A DNA stretch of 62,590 bases, counting the filler, from Klebsormidium nitens (taxonomy: Eukaryota > Plantae > Klebsormidiophyceae), in assembly GCA_000708835.1 (NCBI GenBank). It is 7 parts of 7 records of this genome, joined end to end, with 100 filler letters (N's around TTAATTAATTAA, not from the genome) between each part and the next. Parts side by side here need not be neighbours in the genome. Positions count along the whole stretch, not along the records: positions 1 to 29,737 come from DF237781.1; 6 more parts are not named here. The stretch is one strand, 5' to 3'. Below, in pieces: positions 10,746-21,103 of the stretch; the stretch's first letter is position 1; each line of letters starts with the position of its first letter. The notes beneath the pieces were generated by a model that saw only the letters and a list, made by a program, of their open reading frames with translations, searched no databases and had not been told where the DNA came from. A program made the translations under genes and the position numbers.

Positions 10746-13700
10746 TCAACCATACCGCCGCTGCGGCTCCTCCCAGTCCTTCAGCTTTTTGCTCCCCTTC
10801 GGCTTCTCGATCGGCCGCGCCATCGCCGCCATCTTCTGATTGTACTTTGCGCGCAGCAAGTCGTTGGTGGTCCAAGGCGTGTCCCACTCCGTCGTGTCCT
10901 GGTCCACGAGATGCGTCCATTTCGTGCGTCCCGCGCGCCCGAAGTGCTTGACCTGCATGGAAAACGGATTTCAGTTTGGGTTAAGCCAGGTTGAGCTACA
11001 CAAGAACTCCACGAGGTGGGTCCACTTCGTACGCCCTGCGCGCCAAAGTGCTTGACCTGCATGCGACTTCCAATCTCAGATTAACATCGCAGAAAGCGTC
11101 TAACCACGTAATTTGCGGCCGTCTCTGCACAATGAAGCCTGGTCTCGTGGGGCCGATAGTTTGACAACGTGGCGCCGACTTCGGGCAAACTCAAAACAGC
11201 GCCCTTCGATCAATCAATCATCTGAACGTCGAGCCGCTACAGATCGCACGACGCTTCATACTTCTCGATTCATGTTGACTAAGTGCATGTTGACTAAGGA
11301 CAGTGCTCGGGAACAGAAACAAATTAAAAATTAAAATCCAAAATTAACACGCTACGCACCCACACCCGCACCCACCCTAACCCCAAACCAACCCTACCTG
11401 TCCTCCGGGCGCCCTCCTTAGTCAACATGAAATCGAGACAAGTCGATGCTTCCGGTGGAGATACACGTCAGAAACCGGTGAACGCACTCACTCAAACCCT
11501 AGGGACATTCGCGAGCTTCGGCCCCGTACCCACCCTGAACACCCCAAATCAGCCCCACAGGTGACCCGGACTGTGACCCGTCTCAAACCTGAGTTTGACT
11601 CTACTAACCTGCATGACCTTGGGCAGGATGCTCTTGTCCAGCTTGTCCTCGCCCGTCGCCTCCGAGAAGTCGCGCCGGAAGATCTCGGCCGAGCCCGCTG
11701 TGCCAAACTTGTCGTCCGGCTCCTCCTGCGCAAAAGATACAACGACTAGAATCAAAAGACGTTAAAACATTGTGAGGATATGCGCTTGCAACGCACGTTG
11801 AATAGACCCAATCGAACCGGAAAAGAAGAGGGCGATCTTGACCGGTGCAGCCGTGGCCGTGCTTTGTCGTCCGGCATCTCCTGCATCTTAGCAGAAACAC
11901 GGTGGCACGGAGTGGAAGAGAGTGACAATGCAGAAGTGCGTTCTTCAAGCATAGGTTCACGGGACAGATACCCGTCTTGTTACTAGAGCACGCATATGTG
12001 CAAATGGAACGGTCGTAACAGACGGACAGGACTTGGGCGGTCTTATATGAATGGTGAAAGGCGTGCCAAGATTTGGCAGTGCGGCTGGCGGCAGACTATC
12101 CTATCGTCGGAGACGTGGCAAGTGGGAGTCTTTGAAGCTTGTGACCTGCTTCGAAAATCAGAAATCACGCGCTTTCTGCGCTAATGTTCCCGAAACTGCA
12201 AGGTCGGACATCTCCCAGCCCAGAGCGCTGCATCATCGCTTAAGCTGACGTCGTGCTTCGCTTTGCATCACCACAACTGAGCAGGGAAGCACTTTCACCA
12301 AGTCTACATGGAGGAGAGACTCTCCAAGGACGACAAGCAGAAAGGACGACAAGCAAATCGAGGCACGCCTCTTTGAAGCGAGCTTACGGAAACGTCAAAG
12401 ATGTTTGCCTTAAAGGAGGCCCATACCTGGAAGAAGGGGCCCCTGTGGTAGTATAATTTCTACTTCTTCTTGGTCTTCACTACTTGCCTATGGTAAGACT
12501 TACAAGGGACGACGGGCTTTCGGAAACTAAGTGATACCATTTGAAGCGACGTTGGAAAATCGCTGTGAACAGATGAAAGTCCTGTCACTGTAATAAGTCC
12601 CTTACCTGGAAGAAGGCGCCCTTATGGTAGTACTTTTGCATGAACTTCCACTTCTTCTTGGTCTTCTGCGTCTGCTCCTTGGGGTTGCGCCGCTCGTACT
12701 CGGCGCGCTCCTCCTCCGTCATGCTCCGCAGCTTCTCCAGCTCCTCCTTCTCCTTCGCCAAACTGCAGAAGAACGGGTTATGGACGATGGTTAGGACGAG
12801 TTTCAAAGTGCATTTACTTTGCAGAGAGATGCGAATCCAATTACTGATAGAGGGAAACTAGGAACGGTGATTCCCACACAGAAGCTGAGTCGCGAGTTAC
12901 CGCTTCTTTAGCCCCTCCTTCTCTCCCGCTGAAGTGCGAGGAAACGGGTCAGGCACAAACTTAACCAGGGTTAGGCATGTGAGAAGGTGGTTCGAGTCCG
13001 CAGTAATGAGCATATCCAGCCAATTGCAGGGAGATGAGGAAACATAGACAGAGACGGAAGCTGAATAAGAAGCCAAGGCTTCCTTCTCCTTCGCCAAACT
13101 AAGGAGAGGGGGGTTAGGGCCGTTATCGAACGAGGGTCAGGGAACTAAAGAAGGTTGAAACGGGGTTAAGAGCTGGGTTAGTCCCCAAAAGATAAGAATT
13201 GAAAGTATATCGCGATAGTAGCATATCAAAAGCCGCCGCTCCACTGGCTCCTCCCCACCTTCGCAAGACTGCAGGACTACGGGTTCGAGGCCAAATTCAG
13301 CAAGTGTACAAGACTGGGTCTAATTCGCCGTGATGAGCGCAGATCTGCAGGACTACGGGTTGAAAACAAGATTTGGACGAGTGACTTGATGGTTGAATGC
13401 GCCGGTGATGAGCGAAAATACTCACAACTCAGAGAGGAAGAAATGGGCATCCTCCAAGAAAAAGCAAAATAAAAAAGCGAACGCTTCTCCAGCTACTCCT
13501 CCATTTCCTCCAAGTTGGATAAGAACGGGGTTCAAAAGAACCAAGGGCATAAGTGAAAGCTGGGAAAAAGCACTCGCGATCCGTCATGAAAGCTGTCAGG
13601 CACGTGGGCAGACTAGCTTTGGCAGTGCCTCAAAGAAGCGGGCAAACACCTCAACCTAAACCCTGCGAAAACGGCGAAAGGAGCACTCACGCCGTGCGCT

Positions 13701-16700
13701 CCGCCCGGTCGCGCTTGATCCGCGCGAGCTCGCGCGCCTTCCACCCCTCGTACTCCTCTTCTTCATTCACCTCATCGTCCGTCTCAACATCCTCCGCTTC
13801 TTCCTCCTGGTTCTTCGCCCGCTCCTCTTCTTGCCGAATCACCTCGACCACAATCTGCTTCGTCTCGATCTTCCGCTGCTCCAACCGTTTCTTGAGCTCT
13901 TCTTCCTGGGCGTCTTCCGCGGCTTCTAGGCGTTCCCGTTCGGCGATGGTTTCTCGCTCGGCCTTCGGGACGAAGATTGGCTTGCGCAGCTTTGGGCCCG
14001 CGTCTGAGTCGTCCGAGTCGGTCTCGTACTCGGACTCGGACTCTTCCTCCTCTTCTTCCTGTGGGGAAACCGAGACAGAAGTCAGGCAATCGCAAAGAAA
14101 AACTTCTATCAGTCGCACTGATTCGGACTCGTTTTCGCTCTGGATGAGGAAGAGACGAAGAACGAGACGAAAGTCAGGCCGCGCAAAGTCAGGCCGCGCT
14201 TTGGCAAAGAGAAATGACCTCACGATTCTGGACATTTTCTCCTCTTCTTCCTAAACAAGGGACGCCTCACGATTCGGGCACCGGAACAAGGAGGAACCGC
14301 AGATTCAACCGGTCTCGTACTCGGAAAATCATCAACTTCTTTTCCGTGGTTGAGGAACGAGGCAAGAGCTGCGTAGTGTGTATCGTAGCAAAGAACGAAC
14401 TTCTATTGACCTGCACAGATGGCAGTGCAGCCTAAACCTCAGACCTCTAAAACTCTCTGCGTGGGACAAGATTCAGGCAGTGACAAAGATGGAATCAAAA
14501 AAAGGACTTCTGTTGACCTTAAAGTGGGCGTAGGACGTGCACGTCCTTTCCAGGTCGAATGCCGATCGGACGACTCAAAATCCATCGGGTCCATTCGGCC
14601 ACCTTCCGATGAGCGGTCACGATGACTCGTAGGTCCAGCGCGCCGCGAGGTACCGCGGTACCAATGAGACCGTACCATTTGTCAAAAGAGTACCGCGGAC
14701 TCCTAGTGACGTCACGAGCAGGGTCACCCGGTACAGTGGACTTTTGCAGCTTTTCAGGCCTTCCGATCAGCTCCAAAGTACCAATCTTGGTTCTTGACCG
14801 TCCGATGGAAAATTTTGGGCAGGATCGGGTGCCCGGTATGCTCCGATCGACAGGTCCTATTAGGCATGTGTCCCAAAAAGGAAGGTGCAAAATGTCAAGA
14901 ATGTTGGCCTTCGCGGTTCGAACCCGAGGCCTCAGCATATTTCCGCCAAGTTTAGGCGAGCGCGCTATCCACCTGAGCTACCGTGAGTTGGCCGAAACTC
15001 GGATTGGCTCGAAAATAGCCGGTTTTATACCCCGACGCCCACTTTAAGATGGGCCAGTCTGACATCAATCTCACACCGTCCGTTCCCCTGAGCTGTTTTG
15101 CCTACCTTCAAAAGATCTGCTTCGACTGCAGTGGACCCTCACAACAAGATTCCGTCCAGGTCTCCGACAAAGAGCTCATTAGTTGACTCGAAAGAAGCGC
15201 CATCCTTTCTATTGAGCAGGTACATCTACATTCAACGTGAGCCGTCGAAGAAGGCCTACTCATAGATGACTTGCAAATATTGACGGTGGATGAAGGTGGA
15301 TGTGTCGAATAGACAAGCAGATATTGATTCCCCCACTAACCTCTTCTTCCTGTGGCAACACCTCCTCCTCCTCCCGCCTCTGCAGCGCGCGTTCTCGTAT
15401 CCGCCTCCGCCGCTCCTCGATCTTCTCCTCGTCTTCTTCCTCCTCTTGCTCCGCTTTCCGCTGCGCTTCCTTCTCGTGCTCTTCCTGCCGGCGCGTCGTC
15501 ACGACCTCCGCGGCACGAATCTCACGGTGCTGCTGGACCGCCTCCTCGCGGTCGCGCCGCGACTCGGCAAGCCTCCGTAACCGTGCGTCTTCCCTGCACA
15601 TTTTCAGGTCGACGATTTAGGGGCGTGGTACATTCGAAGTTCTGAGGCTCACTTTGTAATCTTGCGGTGCTGCTGGACTATCTCCTCGCGGTCGCGCCGC
15701 GACTCGGCAACTTTCCGTAGCCGCGCATCTTCCCTGCATAGGTTTATAAGAAACTATACGAATATCCATTGATTTCCTTTAGATAAACATTAAATTCAGT
15801 GACCTCTTGATGCGGTCACCTGACGGCCTTGCCGCAAGCCGGCGGGTCCTCTCGTGCCTTCCCGGTAGATATACGACAGATTCGAAAGGTCGAGTGCGCA
15901 AGTTACCAGTCTTGAAACAGATTGGATTTTGTGCTCTCGCAATCCTGCTGGGCGGCCTCGTAGTGGCCCCGCTTCGACTCGTGGCCGCGCATCTTCCCAG
16001 CAAAAAACTCCCAGTTGCCAGGGTTGCAATGCGGCTATGCTCACGCTGGTGGCCAACTAGTACAAATTGCAGACGGACATAAATTGCAGGACAAAGACTG
16101 ATGAACATCTGCAGCAGTGCAAAACCTCATGAGGCAGAGAAATACAAAATCTGACAGACTGAAAGGCAGTACTAACTTTCTGGGGAAAAAGAAACACAGT
16201 CGAACGCATACCTAGCCTACGTGGGGCCTCCTATTCCCCTGCAAAACCAGAAAAGTGGCACAAAGCCTTGAGAAACCTTTGCAAAACAAAGATGGCGGGT
16301 GAAGAAACCTGCGTACCTGGCAGTAGGGCGATCAAACCCTGTCTTGACTTGCTGCTTCGGAACCAGGTCATCCGCTGCAAAGACAAGGCCGAGCGAAGCT
16401 GAGTAATGCGTCGTTACTTCTTTGACAAATACACCCGCCACTTCCAAGCAAGCTTATGCACGTGAAGACCTATTGTGGTAGTGGGCCCAAAAACAAGGGG
16501 ACTTCAGAAAATCCGCTGCGCAGCCATCTCTCCATCGCAAGACCAAAATTTGGAGCATTGTACATAGCTCCGATTCCAGTGCAACTGCACTGTAGCTGAC
16601 ACCTAACCATTTTTTCAACAAGAGCAGCAAATGGTCCAATCAGCGTCAACGCTTGAGAAGCGATTGCCATTCTCAGCAAGATACCGCCTCAAAACCCTAA

Positions 16701-17002
16701 GAGCTGGGAGGAACTTCATAAGGAGCCGCCGGCGAATAAAGCCCAGGCTGATCTGCATCAAGGCTTCACAATGACAAGCTCTCCAGCTTCTTACGAAGCA
16801 TTCAATGCAACCAGCCTGCAGCGCCAGAAACGACCGAAAACTAGCACGCTAAGTCAGGAGACACCTTACCATCGTCAGCCTCAGTCGCCCAATCTGGCCT
16901 CTTCCCCGGCCAGTATCTTCTTACTTTGACCGTAGACACTTTTCCCTGCAGCTTCTCCCGGACCGCCATCGCCGTGTCGGCGACGGCACCAACAGCCGCC
17001 AT
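10746..17002 (-). CDS. MFAP1: Microfibrillar-associated protein 1 (spliceosomal B-complex protein), 7 exons: 17002-16870, 16374-16317, 15593-15341, 14058-13691, 12762-12605, 11725-11609, 10952-10746
   Basis: Motifs [99 protein letters not shown]. All GT-AG junctions keep the frame. Confidence 0.95.
13269..13420 (+). repeat. Two diverged ~77-nt tandem units in an MFAP1 intron
   Basis: ctgcaggactacgggtt...gcc(g)gtgatgagcg occurs at ~13269 and ~13346. Confidence 0.65.
14523..15043 (-). mobile_element. Non-autonomous DNA transposon with TTAA target duplication and purine-starting TIRs (Kolobok-like), carrying a tRNA-like cassette
   Basis: TTAA|AGTGGGCGT ... ACGCCCACT|TTAA (TTAA at 14519-14522 and 15044-15047). 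It lies in MFAP1 intron 3, and a related copy is at ~30120-30535. Confidence 0.75.
14913..14987 (-). ncRNA. tRNA-like Pol III cassette (not a canonical tRNA)
   Basis: A-box TAGCTCAGGTGG, B-box GGTTCGAACC, TATAAAA ~35 nt upstream, CAA just 5' of the cassette and downstream T-runs. The cloverleaf is imperfect. Confidence 0.5.
15653..15733 (-). other. 81-nt duplicate of the 5' part of MFAP1 exon 3, with acceptor and a candidate donor (possible in-frame cassette exon)
   Basis: tatgcag|GGAAGATGCGCGGCTACGG...ATTACAAA|gtgagc. Phase 2-2; encodes [26 protein letters not shown]. Confidence 0.55.
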
Positions 17003-17801
17003 TCTGACAGCTTACCCAAACCCTGTTCTTATATGTATCCTTCCGTTTCGACCCCTTCCTTTCCTGCTTCCGCCTTTCCTGGTTTCTCGGGTCCTGGTTT
17101 CTCGCAGTGCAGTCACGCCAACTCAATTATCCCTTCAGCCGCTGTTTCCCGCGGTCGCAGAAGAGTGGTATTAATCGTCTTTCTAGAAAATGTTATCAAA
17201 GGAGAATAACCTCAATGAACCTTCAACTCGAAGATTGAAGGGATGATATACCGCTAGACAAAGCCCTCCTAAACGCACCAATCTCGTTGAACAAGCCAGG
17301 AGCACAGTTCACCTGAAGGCTGTCAGAGTTTGCCCGCTTTCGAAAGAAGCATTGAAGCCTGAAGGGCGCCCTGTACAGCTCGCTGTTTCCACATTTACCA
17401 ATGGCAATGCTCCACTTGATTTATTTTGGCACCCTGTTTGTTGACACGAAGGGAGTGCAAGAGCACAAAGGTGGTCGCTAGAGTTGAGCATCATTGATGG
17501 CCGGGAGAGACAGCCGGGGGCTTCACATCCGGTGTAAACAACAAAATTCCCGGGCTCAGGATGGTTTCCCGGCCACTTTCAAAAGACTCTATGGCGACCA
17601 TGCCCCACAATGTGTTGGAATACATTTTAGATATCGTGGAACTTGTGCAACACATTTCCTCGGCGTTTGACGTCTCCTTGGCAACACTGCCAACAGTGCA
17701 AAGGTTGACGACTGGAATCTTTTAGGCTTTCAGTCCCCTTTCAGCAGCATTGCACTTTAAAGTTCCAGAAAGCACATCTTGCATACCTGTTTCCAAGGGC
17801 G

Positions 17802-20290
17802 ATGGGTTCCCACACGGCCGTGTGGGGCAAGACAACAGGCCGGTTCTGCGCCTCGCTAGAACGACTTTCCGCATATCACCTGAGGACTCGTGGCCCTAGA
17901 TCATTCTGCACTTTTCAGCTCCCCCGAAATTCAACCAAACTTTCTAGCCAGAATGTCAGCTCGCAATCTGGAGCGGGTTTGAAGCTTCGGGACACCGATC
18001 GGTTAGAGAGGGCGCCCCAAATAGCACAGACTTTCATACCACCGTATAGGTCAGTGTGCGTTAGAGGGGCTGCTTCAAAGGCGCTGTCCCCGTCGTTACA
18101 GGATAGTCAACGGCAAGACCAAAGTGCGGGCGCTCGGTATTTTGCGGCTGACAAGAGGCCAATCATTCTCTTTGATGGTGAGAGTGCAACTGCAAAGTCC
18201 AAACAAAGTGGACATATCCTCTTCGTGATTCTGTCTCAAGCCTCCTTTCAGCCCCTTCTGAAGTGCTTCTTTCCGTTAGGAGATATGCTGATGGCCTCTC
18301 GAGTTCGATCCATGAGGGGCAGATTGAGGTGAAGTATGTCACACCAGGATGAAAGCACAGAGGAGAGGAGTCATGGGAGACTCTCTTCTTATAGTCTGGT
18401 CAGGGTGACCATTTTAGCGAAAACCTCAAACGGGGCCGACTCAATGCCTGAAGTCTGTGACCGCTTCAAGACTTCGGTTACACCCATTGCCTTTCCAATT
18501 GCTGCATGTGAGAGTGCTCCTCACAATCACTGACATGCGAAAATGGATCTTGCAGGAGTTTGCAACTTTTGCAATGGTGGTGTGAACTTCATGCTGGACA
18601 ACGACCCTCAGGGGTGAGTTTCTTGAGTTTCTCCTCCTCAGCTGCATCTGCTAGCCCTTCACTACAATCCACTTTTGCAGGTGATTGAAAGAACTGCAAA
18701 TCAGGGTCCGTTTCTGATTATTTGTTGTCAAGATTGGGCCAATCACACCACTTCTCCATGGTCCGGTTCCTGTTAGACAGCTCCCCTGCCATGTAGCCAG
18801 ACTGAGGGGCTTTGAATCGACATCGAAAAGGGTGCATTCTGTGGCGGATCATTGAGCTGAAAGTGCTTGTTCATACAGGAGGCATCTCTCCTCAAAATCA
18901 TGACAAAAGGCAACCACTAAATGTAGGCCAGATATTGCATTTCAAGATTGCTATCTTGAGTTTCTTTTACACACCCTTTCTGATCTGGACGTTCTTGCCC
19001 ACCGCAGCAAGTTGCGGTTTGCCGCTCTCCAAAGTGACGCCGGGAGGGCTCTGCTGCAGCGGGCTGGCCGGGCTCCAGAGGATATCTCCAGCATCGTCTT
19101 GATAGAGCCGGACAGGTATGTTTTCCCTCCTTGCAATAAAAAAGGCAGATTATGCTCAGTTGGTGGTGGTCTGAGTCCGTTTGGGCTCCTCGCAAGATCC
19201 GCTTGACCAGGAAGTTTTGGTTGGTGAACTGCAAGTCAATATTGCCGTGTTAGAGCCTGACAGGTGCTTCTTACCCTTGCCTTTGTGGGTTATCAGTGGT
19301 CGGATTGTGCTAATGTCTTTGGAGGGAAGTAAAATCACTGCTCATCGGAAAAGCTAGTAGTCAATTTCGAACATGGTATCCTTAAAACCCTGACAAGTGC
19401 GCACCCTCATCGGGGCAACTTGGATTGGACTATTAGTGTTGGAGCCCCGTTATTGTTCCATGTCTTTTTACAGGCCATGGGTAGGGGAAACTTGGATGAT
19501 ACATCTAGCACAGGCGTTCTAACGAGTCAGATATTCAAAGCCCCGAGGGGCAGTATAGACAGATTGCCATATGAACCGCTCGTCTCTTGTTTCTCCAATC
19601 TCCTCCAGTATTGTTTGCAGCGGTCTCTTAAAGGTCAACTTCTACTTTCCACTATATTCGACATCGAGCTTCCCCCCATGAATCCCGAGAAAGCAATTGG
19701 CCTTCGATCACTATCCTGCAGGTCTTACACCCACTCAGAAGCCATCCTACGGATTGCCCAATATCTGCCGGAGCCCTTTTGGCGTGCTCGGAAAACTGGG
19801 CATGGTTGCGCCTGGGTAAGCCGAGATTTACTGTTTCTGTCTTCTGAACTTCCGCGCTTCTTTGTATCTGTCGATGCATGTGCTCGTGACCTAAGTGGCA
19901 GTGTATGCGTAGGATGTTCTGCTTGAATGTTGTTAGAAGGCAGATTGCAATATTGGCCCTAAATTGTTGAGGAGCCAGGATTCGAGACGTGCTTGATGGG
20001 TGACAGGATCTGTAGAAGTCTACTTTTATATGAAGTAGCTTAGCCGGGAGTGGATTTGAGAAGTTTCAAACAGTTCGATTCATGTTGCTTGACGGCCCCG
20101 TTTTCATGACGAGTAATCCAATAAATTTGCACTGCATTCAATCTGACCCTGATCGTGTTTGGCTGTTTGCAGGCTTGTTAGAGACGCCTTCTACAAGCTT
20201 GTTGCGGAGAACCGGTACAACATTCTTGGAAAGACAGACCAATGTCGGATAGGCGATGAAAGATTCAATGACAGGTTTGTGAGTTCGTGA
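17802..20290 (+). CDS. DCC-family (DUF393) thiol-disulfide oxidoreductase with transit peptide; exons 17802-18177, 18556-18613, 19008-19115, 19722-19815, 20173-20290; one apparent +1 frameshift
   Basis: RPIILFDG|VCNFCNGGVNFMLDNDPQG|KLRFAALQSDAGRALL...|SYTHSEAILRIAQYL...|LVRDAFYKLVAENRYNILGK..C. The DGxCxxC motif and GT-AG sites are present. Confidence 0.88.
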
Positions 20291-21103
20291 GCTTGAACCG
20301 AGTTCAGTGGATATCAAGCCCAGGCTCCTCATAGATCAGTGAATTTAGTACATACGATTACTTCTTATGCTATGAAGGTTCTGTACATACATTGCTTACG
20401 AGGGTTCGGCTTCAGGACTGAGTCCAGTCGCGACGGTTTCGACCGATTTTAGAGTGATATTTTGATCATGCAATAATCTGCCCATTCTCCAAGATGTACG
20501 GCTCCAATGGCATGTCGACAGCCTGCATGAGACTTCTATATGCATCGATCTATCATCACTAAGTTATCATTAACCGTTTAGTACAACTTACCTGTAAGTC
20601 AAGCTACGCTTGCCAATGATGCACGCGCGGGCCCGGGCCGCCAGCTGGCGTATTGTCTCAAAGATCACTGTACACTGACAGCTATAACAAAAGTAAACTG
20701 AATGTTCATGGTTACCATGTCTATATGCAGGCCTCCTGCTGCTGATCGAGCTAGCATGCGAGCGCATGTATGATCGACCCTGCAGCTCAAGGTTGCAACG
20801 TGATCATGTGCGGACGGCCCGAATCATATATGAGCACATGGCCCACGCAGCACGGAGTATACGAAGGCAGCTTATTGTGCCTAGATCTTGTACCCCGTGG
20901 CATCGCCGCTCAATGAGTCGGAGTGCCATGCAGGAACTGAAGCACTAGGCTTATCAAATCGAACAGCTTGCAGATAAGCTGCGCCAGAGTGCACAAACAA
21001 CTCGCCGGTCAAGCTTGATGCTGGTTATATATGCACTGATTTACAGAAAAATGTAACCAAAGTAAATTCTTTCGTTTACGGAAGCTATCTCAAAGCAACA
21101 GAA

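Noticed and set aside
13327-13420. Possible C/D snoRNA (GTGATGA boxes)
   Set aside because: The boxes lie antisense to the host gene and no paired D box or terminal stem is evident; a local duplication explains them.
14913-14987. Functional tRNA gene (also ~30166-30245)
   Set aside because: No proper acceptor stem or canonical anticodon arm; it lies within a repeated TIR element.
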